A stretch of 63,432 nucleotides of DNA, counting the filler, from Reticulomyxa filosa (Eukaryota; Protista; Foraminifera): assembly GCA_000512085.1 (NCBI GenBank). It is 20 parts of 20 records of this genome, joined end to end, with 100 filler letters (N's around TTAATTAATTAA, not from the genome) between each part and the next. Parts side by side here need not be neighbours in the genome. Positions count along the whole stretch, not along the records: positions 38,383 to 39,382 come from ASPP01049851.1; positions 39,483 to 40,594 come from ASPP01011541.1; positions 40,695 to 53,531 come from ASPP01001419.1; 17 more parts are not named here. One strand, written 5' to 3'. The number at the start of each line of letters is the position of its first letter. Position 1 is the stretch's first letter. Of this stretch, positions 38,383-50,523 are shown in pieces. A program made the translations under genes and the position numbers. The notes under the pieces were generated by a model that worked only from the letters and a program-made list of their open reading frames with translations, was not told the DNA's origin and did not search any database.

Positions 38383-39382
38383 TGTTGGAAGATATCCCAG
38401 AGTTGGAAGAAACGAGCGAAACCAAGGAAGTGTATGAGGATCTCCCGAAATTGGGTGAACGAATCGATTTAGGAGGTACTGTGATATATCTATCATTGTA
38501 TTTTTTTTAAATCTGAAGCACATGTACATACATATATGCATATACATATATGTATATGTATATGTATATGTATATAAATACAATTAAATCATTCATACGT
38601 ACACAAACAACAATAGGAAAATCGGGAGTGGTAAAGTATATCGGAAAAACAGAGTTTAGTCAAGACGAACCCGTGGTCGGAGTCGAGCTGGACTATTGGA
38701 CAGCCAACGCGACCGACGGATCACTGTTTGGCAAGCGGTACTTTGATACGTTGCCGGGAAAAGGCTTTTTCATTCGCAAGACGTCATTTGCGTCACTCAA
38801 CGAAATGATAGGCGACAAAGAAAGGGAACACATCCTGCGCCAAAACTCGTTGGCCTTGGAAAACTTTGAGCTGAGGGCTTTGCCAGTATACTTTGACGTT
38901 GGGGATCATGTGGTGACGAGCGAAGGCCAAAGCGGAATTGTAAAGTTTTTGGGACCTGCCAATTTTTCCTCCGGAGAAATGGTCGGCCTGGCATTGGACG
39001 AATGGGACCCGAATGGACACACAGGCACCGTTCGCAATGAAAAGTACTTTGAAGCCAAGGAAGGACATGGGTGGTTTGTGCGTGCGGACAAAATCACAAT
39101 GAAAATTGAGAATGAACAAGAATGGAAAATCAAAAAGCTTGAAATGGAAAGACGAAAAGCAAAAAAAAAGTCTCGCATGAAAATTGAACTTGGACAACGT
39201 GTCCAAATTTCAGGAGGCCAACGTGGATCGGTCTTGTTTTATGCCAAGACCGACTTTGGAGGGAATGACAAGTGGGTTGGCTTGCAATTGGACGATTGGT
39301 ATTACAATGCCCATGACGGCACCGTCCGAGGAAAGTCGTACTTTGTCACCCACAAGGGCTATGGGTATTTTGTGAAACCCGA
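38383..39382 (+). CDS. Tandem CAP-Gly domain protein (at least 3 units, both ends truncated); intron 38476-38616
   Basis: Three units: GVVKYIGKTEF..VGVELD..DGSLFGKRYF..GFF; GIVKFLGPANF..VGLALD..GTVRNEKYF..GWF; GSVLFYAKTDF..WVGLQLD..DGTVRGKSYF..GYF. Confidence 0.9.
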
Positions 39383-39482
39383 NNNNNNNNNNNNNNNNNN
39401 NNNNNNNNNNNNNNNNNNNNNNNNNNTTAATTAATTAANNNNNNNNNNNNNNNNNNNNNNNNNNNNNNNNNNNNNNNNNNNN

Positions 39483-40378
39483 GCGCACAACGATCATCGC
39501 TGGCTAGCCGGCCCGGATCAACATCGCCGCTTGCCTTCACTGGCCGAGCTGGGTTTGGCAAAGTGGGCATCACCCCAGCCGCCAAACCCGGTCGCGAAGC
39601 CGGCTTGGCACTGCTACAGCGCTTTGCGCGCAAGCTGCCGCACTACAAGACGCTGCGGGACTACCCAGGGGAAGCAGGCGTCTCCGGGCTGTCGGTGCAC
39701 CTGCGCTTTGGCACTATCTCGATTCGCGAGGCGGTGACGCTGGCACTGTCACAGCAGAATGAAGGGGCAGAATGCTGGCTGAACGAGTTGATCTGGCGCG
39801 AGTTTTATCAGCAACTACTGTGGCACTTTCCGAACGTGGCAGGCGAGGGCTTCAAGCCTGAGTACCGCCAGCTGCAGTTCCCGGGCGAAACCGCATGGTT
39901 CGAGGCGTGGTGCGAGGGGCGTACCGGCTACCCTATCGTCGACGCGGCCATGCGGCAACTGAACCAGACCGGTTACATGCACAACCGGCTGCGCATGATC
40001 GTGGCCAGTTTTCTGGTAAAAGACTTGCTAATTGACTGGCGGCGTGGCGAAGCCTATTTCGCCGCCAAGCTGATGGATTTCGACCTTGCGGCCAACAATG
40101 GTGGCTGGCAGTGGGCGGCATCGACCGGCTGCGATGCCCAGCCCTATTTCCGCATCTTCAACCCGGTAACTCAGTCGGAAAAATTCGACCCGAAAGGCCG
40201 CTTCATCCGCCGCTACCTGCCCGAGTTGGCCGCGCTGGACAACAAGGCCATCCATGCGCCGTGGCAAGCCAAGCAACACCGGCAGGCTTTCGGCTAGGCA
40301 CTGACATCCCGCCCTATTGTCGACCATGCCGTACAACGCGAACGTGCCTTGCAGCTATTCGGCAAGTCGCCCACCTGA
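39483..40378 (+). CDS. phrB: Bacterial deoxyribodipyrimidine photolyase (5' truncated; two apparent frameshifts near 40275-40310)
   Basis: SGLSVHLRFGTIS, WLNELIWREFY, GRTGYPIVDAAMRQL, GYMHNRLRMIVASFL, NNGGWQW, YFRIFNP, PIVDH; GC-rich, no introns. Confidence 0.95.
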
Positions 40379-40386
40379 GCAGCATG

Positions 40387-40410
40387 AAAAAAGCCCGGCC
40401 TGGGCCGGGC
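40387..40410 (-). terminator. Rho-independent terminator between convergent genes
   Basis: The minus strand reads GCCCGGC-CCAG-GCCGGGC-TTTTTT just after the ComEA-like stop. Confidence 0.8.
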
Positions 40411-40427
40411 GCTTGATACTGGGAGGC

Positions 40428-40594
40428 TTAAGGCTTCTTGGCGGCAGGTGCAGGAGCTGGAGCAGGTGCCGCCGGCTTGGCTGCTGCGGCAGTGGCTTTC
40501 GTTGCAGCCGCTTTGGCTGCAACGGGGGCCGCCGCGCCACCAAAGGCGAGGTCGGCCTTCAGCTTTTCAACCGTTTTTTCACCGATGCCTGGTA
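40428..40594 (-). CDS. Bacterial ComEA-like helix-hairpin-helix DNA-binding protein, C-terminus with Ala/Pro/Lys tail
   Basis: Manual translation PGIGEKTVEKLKADLAFGGAAAPVAAKAAA...PAPAPAAKKP*. Confidence 0.7.
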
Positions 40595-40694
40595 NNNNNN
40601 NNNNNNNNNNNNNNNNNNNNNNNNNNNNNNNNNNNNNNTTAATTAATTAANNNNNNNNNNNNNNNNNNNNNNNNNNNNNNNNNNNNNNNNNNNN

Positions 40695-43600
40695 CATGTA
40701 CACAGACAAAAGAGTTTAATGCAAGAAGAGGTTTACCCATGTTCAATATGAACACCAAAAGCTTTTAAAGATGCAATGAGTAATTGTACATTTTCTTTGA
40801 CGTTTTTGTTTGAAATTGGATACGGTTTTAAGGCATCCGGTTTGTGGATGACACGAGTATCTACAAATTCGGCTTCGACCAAGTTCACCATTTCACACAA
40901 CAATTCACAATCATACAACGCACTCAACACGTGGTGGATATCTAATTTTGGTTGTGGCGTGTATAAACACACGATTGGGTCGTCACTGTCTTGAAATAAT
41001 CGATTTACATACGTGCCAATCGATTCAACCTCTTTTTCATTCTTTTTTTATTATTATTATTGGATTATGTTAGTTTATGTTAATGTAGATCCTCCTCGGA
41101 GAGTCTTAGTCTCTGTGTGTACCAAATTTTTCCGAGTCAAATGGTAATTGAAAGGTACACATTGGAGGGGAGGGAAAAAAAAAATAAAATGACTGAACAT
41201 CCGGAGTAATAGTAATGGAGTCAATATGCTGTTTTCTTTCTTCGTCTTTATCCAACCACCAAACATCAGCTTTTTCTTCGTGATGAGGTTCAGATGTTTT
41301 GACATCAGTGACAGTGTTGACAGAGGACAGCATTGCGTCTTTCCACTCTTCGTTGTTTTCTTTCAATTTCTTCAATCGTTCTTGATGTCTTTCATCTCTT
41401 CTTTCGTCTCCTGTTTTTGTTTCACTCAACATCTTTTCGACATTCGCTTCTGCGTCACGATGACGTTCGTTCAAACTGCTAACCAACACTTCGCCTGATC
41501 TCTGCAATTGATCAGGTTTTTCCTCCTGGTTAGTTATTTAAAAAGTGGAGAGACAAACATTGAAAACAAAAAAATCATTTGAAAATGGTTAAAAAGTATC
41601 TACAAATGTATTTGAACCTTGCGAGCTTTATTTTCGATTATATGTTTCAGTTTTAGCAAATCATTGATTCGGCCATTCAATTCTTCAATCGCCACTTGAT
41701 GCTCTTTCACGACGACCTCATTTTGTTGTGAGTTTTGCAACATTGTGTGTAATGACTTTTTCCATTCTCCATTGTCTGTTGAAATGGCTTCCAAAATGCT
41801 CTCTCGTCTTTGCAGTTCGGCCGTGTCTTTCTGTTCGTCTCCACTACTCATATGTCGTTTCTTGGCTTCCCTTAATTTTTCCTTCTGTTTTTCGTGTCTT
41901 GTTTCCGTTTCCAATACCAAGCCTTCACGTTCCTCCGGGACAGTTGCGTTCTAATTGTACAACAGTGCGATAAAGCCTAACAAAAAATTGCGGTATTTTT
42001 GAAATTTTTTTAAAAAATAAATTAGCTCAAACCATGTCTTTAATCTTCAACATGTCATCCCTTCTCTTTTGTAGTTCGGTTAATAATTCTTGAATAACCT
42101 CGTCTTTGAAGTCTGCCTCAGACTCAGTCTGTTGTGTGAGAACGGTGGGATTTCCACGCACTTGAATGATTTCTTCAATCAATTGTTGCCAGCGCTTATT
42201 GTCTTGTGAAATCACATCTGCGTCTTTGTTTGTTGTCTCTGTCTGTCCGTTTTCTTTTTGCTCTTCATCATCTTTCTTCTCCGTATCTGTAGTTTCTGAA
42301 ACACTTTCTGTCCCATCGGTCTCATCGTCATGGACGTTGTGTATTTGCTTGCTATGTCTTTCCTGCACTTCTTGTCGCACCTGTTCCAAGAAGCTGTTCG
42401 CTTCGTCTCCCTTCATTACTTTTAAAACGCGTTCCAAGTCATTTGTGCGATGTTGCAATTCATCCTTTTTTTTTTAAGTCATACTTTGAATAAATTCATA
42501 CAAACCAAAATTAAAACAAAACATGACATACCACGTATTGTTCTGCTTGTGTTTCTCCTTTTTCAAATTCGTGTTGAACAACACCAATCAAATCTCTCCA
42601 TGCTTTGTTGCCTCCATTGAACTCTTCGAAAAATTCGTCATCTGGAACTACTTCGATCTTTTCGAGTTTCACTTGTTGATCGCGATGACGGTCTTTCATG
42701 GTATTTTTCAGTTGTTCCAATCGTTCGTTTCGTGGTACATCTTTGTTCGCTTCATCATGTTCTGTATTGCATACACATTGTAAAGGAAGAAAAAATAAAC
42801 ATTATTATTTTTTTTTTTTGCATGTCATTCATTCAATTTTAAAAATAAAGACAATTAACCAGGATGGAAATAGATGTCATTCAAATTTACCAAGTCTGAA
42901 ATTCTACCGGTCAATTCCTCCATGCATTGTTTGCACGCTGTTAATAAGTTCTCTTTGACAGGCTTTAGAGATTGGTCTTCGTGCCCATCCAAAGACAGTA
43001 ACGGCGGATCTCCACCTTTGTGCCCATCTTCGGCATGACTTTTCAACGCTGTAGTGATGGCCTGGTCGACAGCTTCTTTAAACTTGTATATTTCATCTTC
43101 CCAGGCTTTGTTGACTTCTTTCAAATCTTCCGGGTCTGTTTTCATTGCAACCTCTTGTGCGCTTTCGAGAAAAATGAAAGAGTCAAACCCTTGCAAGACA
43201 GTCACGTGAGGAAAACATACCAAATTGCAACTGTTCCATTTTATTGACAAAGTCTCGATGTCTGTTTTGGACTTGTTCTACCAATTCTTTCAAATCCTTG
43301 TCATAGCTTTCTGCTGGTTCTTCTTTGTAAATTGTATGGATGCGATGCAAATCAGAGGTGCGATTGTGCAGTTCGGTTAATAATCGGTTGATTTGTTCTT
43401 GAGAGGTATTCTTTTTTTTTTTGACAAACATTTGTTATGCTCTTATATGAACAAAAGTAGTTTGAATACACGGACAGAAAAAACAAACCTCGTCATCTTC
43501 CTCCTCTTCTTCTTCTTCTTCTTCTGCTTTTTTGTCTCCTGCTGCTTTCTAAAAAAAAAGCAACAACAAGTGCTCAATACAAACATTTATACATATATAT

Positions 43601-44925
43601 ATATTATATAATTAATATATGTGGCATATACATGCATATGTGTATAATGTCCCTCTTAGTTCCTGCCTAGGTGATACCAAAACATTAGGGTAGAGAAGAG
43701 CAAAAAAAGAAAAGCATTCGAATGCCTAACCTCCTCATTTGAGTCATCAAAAGGTTTCAATTCCTTTTCCAATTCATCCATGAATGCATCCAAATCCATA
43801 TCTTTGTCACCGCTGGCACTTTCCGGGTTTTCATCGCCTTCGGCCCACATCTTAACATCTTGAATGTACACAACAGCAGTCTCACCCTTTTCGGTTTGGA
43901 TTCTGACTTTGTGTCGCAGTCTTTCGCGTTTGGGATACACTTTGATAGTGCGGATGTCGTCTAAAAACAGATACTTTACAATCACATTTTTTTTTTTCAT
44001 TGCTTCTTTTTGCAATCGAATCCATTTTTCTTGGTTTTCTTTGAATCTTTGCAATTGTCCCAAATAATAGTTTCGTTGTTTATCCATGTCCTTCATTGCT
44101 AATTTCAACTGCTTTTTCAACACGCGAATTTCTTTTTGCAAGCTTTTCACTTGACGAGCATCATTTCCATCCGATGTCGCACTGACAATATTTATTGTGT
44201 CACGAGTTTGTTATATCACCATATGTCCTCGATATACCTCATACATGTTGCGTGTATATGCCATATTGCATCGTATACACAAAAATATAATGTATATATG
44301 CATTATTATAAAAATACTTTTATTTTGGCTTGAAGAGAAATGAGGAGAAAACAAAAAAGACACACTTTAGTTTTGCATTTTTTAGTTTTCGTTTAAGTGT
44401 ACGTATTTCTCCTTCTAATTCTTCCACGCGTGTTTTCTCATCACGTGCTTGCTTGACTTTCATTTCATACCGTTTCTTAAAATCTGCCAACTCACGCTCA
44501 AGTTTTTGGACACGTGGTTGTTTTGACTTTTTTGTAAAATAAACAACACATTGTCAATTTTTTCTTTTTTTTTGGTATGATAATCAAGTAATGTGACACA
44601 TTTTTTTGGGAGGGTCGAGACTTTTTTTTAAGACACCGTTTTTATTTTAAAGTTCTTTTTTAAGGAAAAAGCACGATCAACAACTTAACTAAAGACATGC
44701 GAGGTTTGTCAGCTGCTCTCGGACTCATGCCAGGTGATCGAGTGGCTGCGTTTTTTTGAACCTTAAGCATCTTCTCTTGTCTTTGCACCTTATTCTTTTC
44801 AGCTTCCATTTGTTTTTTTCTTGTCTAAGCCGCGATTTTTCTTCGTCCAATTTTTTTTGTTGTTCGTCCAACTCTTTTTTTAAGCGTTCCAAACGACGCT
44901 TCTCCTTTTCCATATTGCTCGACAT
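40695..44925 (-). CDS. Multi-exon coiled-coil/helical-repeat protein with a fimbrin-type calponin-homology domain (3' truncated)
   Basis: The last visible exon YVNRLF..ALYDCELLCEMVNLV..VDTRVIH..ENVQLLIASLKAFGV fits a plastin/fimbrin CH1. About 10 co-oriented upstream exons are E/K-rich. Confidence 0.7.
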
Positions 44926-46846
44926 GACAGAATTTTTTACTAGAGAATCTATATGACACAGAGAACAATGATTCTCTTCTGTCCAAAAAGTTCTTTGAAG
45001 TTTTTGAGAGTCGTTATTACTTAAAACACTATTGTGTTAAAGAATCTGCTACTTGCCCTACGGAGAATAATATAAAATGCTGAAGTGTAGTTTTTTCGTG
45101 TGAAATTAGATATGTTTTTTTAGCTACAAGATCAACTCGTAAGATTCTATATTTGATTAGCAGTTGAGATATTAAATAAGCAAAATACTGCTCTTTTGTT
45201 AAATTAAGTAAAGTTAAAGCATTGAAGATGTAATTTTGTCACAATTCTCCGGACATTCAATTGACGCCTTAAACAAAAAAAGCAGAAGTTCTGACGAGTT
45301 TTTTCAGCTTTTCTTAAAATTTTTTAAATTAGTAGTCAGAGCTTGTCCTTTGTTTGTCGTTCAACATTTAACTATGAAGCTCATAAAAGAGAGAATTTTA
45401 CTTACTTTTTTCCTGCTTTTGTCTGTAAGTGGACTTTTCAAGTTAGGGCTGACAAAAACCGAAAAGTTTTGTAGAACACAAGAAAATGTATGAAGTTTTC
45501 AGCCATCGGTAACACATCTCATACTGATTGAATTGTTGGCTACAAAACGGTCACTCAAGTGTTACATTGCCAGAAAATTACAAGAAGCAAAACAAAATCA
45601 ACAATGAAATGTGCTTGAAAAAGGCATGAAATTTAAAAAAATCAAAATATTGCTTGACGAAGCTCACGAAATTCGCAAAAACACAACAAACATCGTGATC
45701 GCTGACGCAGAAAAGACTTTAGATGGGCCAAGACAATTGATTGGTTTAATTAGGTTTTCGATTAGCTGTTTCTTGGTTCTTGCTCATACTTTGCACTTTT
45801 GCTTTCTCTACGTCAAAGTCCCATGTGTGGGCATATCTTCTTTTCTTGGTGTAGTGTTTAATCTAGACATAACAATTAAAGTTAGCAATTGAAAATAAAC
45901 AAAAAAGATTTCAGTTTGATCAATAGTTATGTCTGTAAGTTAAAAAAATTAATGTTTCTTATTTTTGATATCTAAACCTACTATTAAAAAGTGCACTTAG
46001 TTATGACTTACCCAGCTCTGGAGACAATATTTCCCGGAAAAAAAATCATCACATGCTTCTTTGCACTTAGCACGGCTGTTAGTATTGTCTAGACATGCAA
46101 AACACTTGTCTCGCACTTCCCAGCATTTCTCGCGCTATATGTATTATTTGTGTACCGTGATGAGAACTTTGACCGAGACAGGTGTGGACCACAGAGGTCA
46201 ATACATTTTGCGCACTTGTCATTTCAGACAGTTGATCAATACGATTAGTATCGACATCGCATTTAGGAATTGAAGCTGACATGGATTTACGTGATGACGG
46301 GGTCACCCTTGACACAAAAAAACCACTTTTTTCTAACTGGCCACCATTTATATTTCATAAACCCATAACATCAAGTAAACTTTAAAATATAGCAATTACT
46401 TAATTAGAAATTTTTTGTACATGTTGAAATTCAATAAAATTTTCACTTTCTACAATAGTATTCCCAAAAGAATATACGATAACGTAAAGCTGCCACGGCG
46501 TTGCTTTCTTTCTAATTCACATACTATTTTATTTGGATATTACTTTAAATGAGAAGTAAAAAAAATGGAAAATCAGAAAAAATTTTTTTGCGTACAACAT
46601 CACTGAAAAGTATGGAACCTAAACGAAGTCACACAAATAATTTCTAATTTTTCCGAACAAATTAAAAGAGTTGTAGTAACTGCATATTTTTCTAATTATG
46701 TATTGAGAGCTGGTCTTTATACTTTTTGCTTTACTAAATTACATTCCTTCCGAAAAAACTAAAAAAAGAAGTAACGCGTCTGCAAGCGTACGCTTAAAGG
46801 AAAAAGATATAAAAAATCTGCTGCCCCTGCAAAACAGATCCAAGGG

Positions 46847-48424
46847 ATGAATCGCATTTCTATCATCCATCCTACCAACTTTTATTCCAACATATCAACC
46901 TCACAAATACGTTTTTCTTCCAGTTGCTATCATTATGGCATTGGACTTGTGAAAAGTCAAAGAGGATGGAACGACCACAACAAATCTAACTCTCCACCAA
47001 CAACTTCAATAAACATATGGAATCATTCAAAGAAGAATTTCAGTACCGCATTATCAGATTTGCAGTCAGTCCTTCAAAAAAAAAAGCATTTCTTGGAGGA
47101 TCGACTGCAACAATATCAGGATTTGTATGAGCAACAAAAGCGGACACAAAGGCAACGTCAATCAATAATTGACGAGCAATTGAAACAAGAAGAGCCGACC
47201 CATCACCGTTCATTTGCCAAAATTCGCTATCTTCCAACATTTCCAGAGCAGTTTCCGCCAACAAATATTGCCACCTTAGATGTAAGTGTTTGTTCACTTT
47301 GAGGAATTGGAGGGCCACAAAGTTGCAGAAAATTCTTACCCAATCACAAACTCGTAAATATAAAATATCAAGCCGTCGCCTCGATCCGCGCCCCTATCGA
47401 GACGGAAGCAAAGAGTTGGACTGATTGCAGAGAAGATAGGGATGATGACGTTGTTCGATTCAATGGGTTTTCATCGATGCATTACCGTGTGTCGGGTATG
47501 TATCCCTCCAAACACAGATAGATCATTGCACACAAACCAAACAAATAAAAAAAAATAAAGGTGGATTGCAATCAAATAGTCAAGACAAACCCCGTGCAAG
47601 AACCAAAAAAAGGAACATTTGGCGTGCAAGTTGGATATGGCATTGAAAAGATTAACAAATTAGACTACAGTTTGCTGGGTTTTTATGTGAAGCAAGGTTT
47701 GCCTCCGAAAAAGTTTACTCGGGAATTCCAAGTTGGCAGAGAAGGGTTGTTGCCAGTCGGACACGAATTGACCGTCAGACATTTTTTGCCTGGACAATTT
47801 GTTGATGTCAAGGGAGTGTCGTTACGTACTTCGCACGATTTATTGTTTGAATGACTCTCTTTTTTTTAAATTAAAATAATAATAATAAGTAAGGATAAGG
47901 GATTCCAAGGAGTGATGAAACGCTGGGGCTTCAAAGGAGGTCCTGCCACTCACGGTGCGTCGAAGTGGCATCGTCGACGAGGATCTATGTGCGGAGGACG
48001 TGGTGACGGACAAAAAGTATGGAAAGGAAAAAGAATGGCTGGACATATGGGAAACAGAAATTACACCAAAATGAATGTCCGAGTGTTTCGAATTGACCCA
48101 AAGCAAAATTTGATTTATTTACTTGGGCCTTTGCCCGGTTATAACGGTGCTTTTGTCAGAATTCGAGATGCTTATTTTAAACCTCCGAAAAATCCACCAT
48201 TTCCTACTTTCATACCCTCTCCTGATGAGTTACGAGTCTTTTCTTTTCAGATATTATTCTTTGGCTGAACACTAATGTCTTTTATTTTTGATTGGGAATA
48301 TCACTTGATCAGAACTGAACCTTCTGGACCTCTGGAATGGAAGCCTGATGAAAAGAAGGCCTGGTTTGAAAACGAAAGTAAATCTGATGAATGGAGTGAT
48401 AGGGTTTCTCCTGATTTACCATAA
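46847..48424 (+). CDS. MRPL3: Mitochondrial ribosomal protein uL3m (multi-exon)
   Basis: GLIAEKIGMMT, GVQVG, HFLPGQFVDVKG, KGFQGVMKRWGFKGGPATHG, VWKGKRMAGHMG, VRIRDA, PPFPTF; Ser-rich presequence-like N-terminus. Confidence 0.9.
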
Positions 48425-48810
48425 TCACATTGTCTTGACATTCTTACACGCCTAATTTTCTTTTTGTACCCTGGTAAAAAAATTATGTTTATTATAAATG
48501 ACAAATTTATCTCTTATGGCTGCCCCATATTTGCTTATTGGCTAATTTTCGAGAGATAGACACATTAATATTCTGATATAATTACCTTTCGAGTCCAAAA
48601 TATTTTTGGTTAGTCTTATTTCCTTCAAACAAGATGAATTATTGTTGTGAGATCTGCACCAAGCTCTTTTTTAGCTGACTCAAGTAAAAAAATATTAGCA
48701 CTATGCCCATATCCGTAACCTTTTTTTATTAAAAAACGTCAAAAAACAACAATCAATATTTTCTAACTTAGAAACTCCCAAAACATAACCAAAAAAAGTG
48801 AGCCTCTGTA

Positions 48811-49711
48811 ATGCCTCGAACTCCGCAGACATTGTATGTGTATCCAATGTCCAACTATACGATGGGCATTAAACAACCAAAGTATGAAAAAGATGGCTCA
48901 GTAAGAGAACGAATGTTACGTATGGAACAGCAGTACAAGTCAGAAGGAATGCGTCGTCATGTGGAAGGGATATTATTGGCCCACTGTCGAGGTCACGTGC
49001 ATTTGCTATTGTTTCAGATTGGAAATACTTACTTTAAGCTGTTTGTAAAGAAAAATTTTTGCAGTTTGTTATGTATTCTTATTGTGCAATGAAAACAATT
49101 CATCACTTCATACAAAAAGTCCTGGAGGACGATTGAAAGGCTTGGAATCGGAGACAGACGGATTAAAGCGTAAACTAACAAACAAGTTGGGAACTCCAAA
49201 TCCAAAATATTCAATGACTTGGACAATTGGTGAGTTAATCTCCCAATGGTGGCGTCCAAACTTTGAGACAGTAACGTATCCGTATATTCCTCCTCATGTA
49301 AGTAGCCCAAAAGAATGTCGAAAAATGTTTTTAGTTCAATTGCAGAGCCAAGGACTATTTGGGGTACCTAAAAACTTGAAGTTGTTGGCAGTGCCATTAT
49401 TTGAAATGTATAGTAATGCACATCGATATGGGGCTACTCTGGCCAGTTTACCACAATTATTGAGTCGTATTCATTTGGTCATCTGTGACAAAAATGGTAA
49501 TCCCATTCAAAATACACATCTCAATGCCTATTTGTTGGAAAATCAACATATTCATTGGATGTTTCAACAAAAATTAAATCAACTCCAAATACAATCTCAA
49601 TCTCAAAACCAAGATCAGAGCCAAAGTCAAAATCAGAACCAGAATCAAAATCAATCTCAATCCCAAACTCAAGAAGAAAACTCTTTACATGATACTCAAC
49701 AGCAAAGATAA
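48811..49711 (+). CDS. NUDT21: Cleavage factor Im 25 kDa subunit (CFIm25/CPSF5) with a Q/S/N-rich tail; intron 49041-49119
   Basis: YPMSNYT, EKDGSV, GMRRHVEG, QIGNTYFKL/PGGRL, WWRPNFE, YPYIPPH, PKNLKLLAVPLFE. Confidence 0.95.
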
Positions 49712-50523
49712 TGTTATGTGTACTTTTTAGCTCCTTTTTTTTGTTATTAAAACAAAATAGTCGTAATTTATTCCGAATTTAAGCAGTAAAATCGACATTA
49801 TTTACTATGTTCTTCCCTCTTTTAAAAAATTTGGATTCAACAATCTTTTCATAAATTTATGAGCATTAAAAAGCTATTTTCTTGAAACATTTCACAAAAT
49901 ATTTTATTTTTAAACACTATGTGATTACAATCAATTCATTTTTGTTATTTGTTATAATTTCAAGCTGTTCGTTAAACAAAATTGCTTAATGTGTTTGACA
50001 AAATAAAAAAGATTGTATGTTTCAATGTACCGTGTCGCCAATGTAATTGTGTGTACTAACTTTCGTGTTGGTTTTTCCAGCAAATAGAAAAAAATAAGCT
50101 TGAAAACGAGGGCTTTCTTGAATAAAAAACGGCCCTAAAATACAAATTTGAACGTTTAACGATGAAAGTGACTCACCTGGAAAAAAAAAAAAGCAACACA
50201 CAAAATATCAAAAAATGAAAAACAAAAAATTATCATTCACAAAAAGTAGAACGGCCATAACAAACAACTCACTTTTTAACAATTGCTCTTGATTTGCTAA
50301 TAGCAAACAAGACAAAAAAAAATTATGTATACATAATCGAGTGTAAAAGTGAATATAGCCAAAATCACAAAATTTCGTATATGAAAAAAACAAGCAGGGG
50401 GGAGAGATATGTGTTTTGAAAGTAGAATAAAAAAATGACATTGGTCAATGAAATAAAGCTGCCATCACGGTGATGAACAGACAAACTAACAAAAAGAAAA
50501 AACGAAAAAAAAAACATGTATAT

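Noticed and set aside
39483-40378. Photolyase as horizontal transfer into the host
   Set aside because: No host flank, introns or compositional amelioration; the whole contig is bacterial
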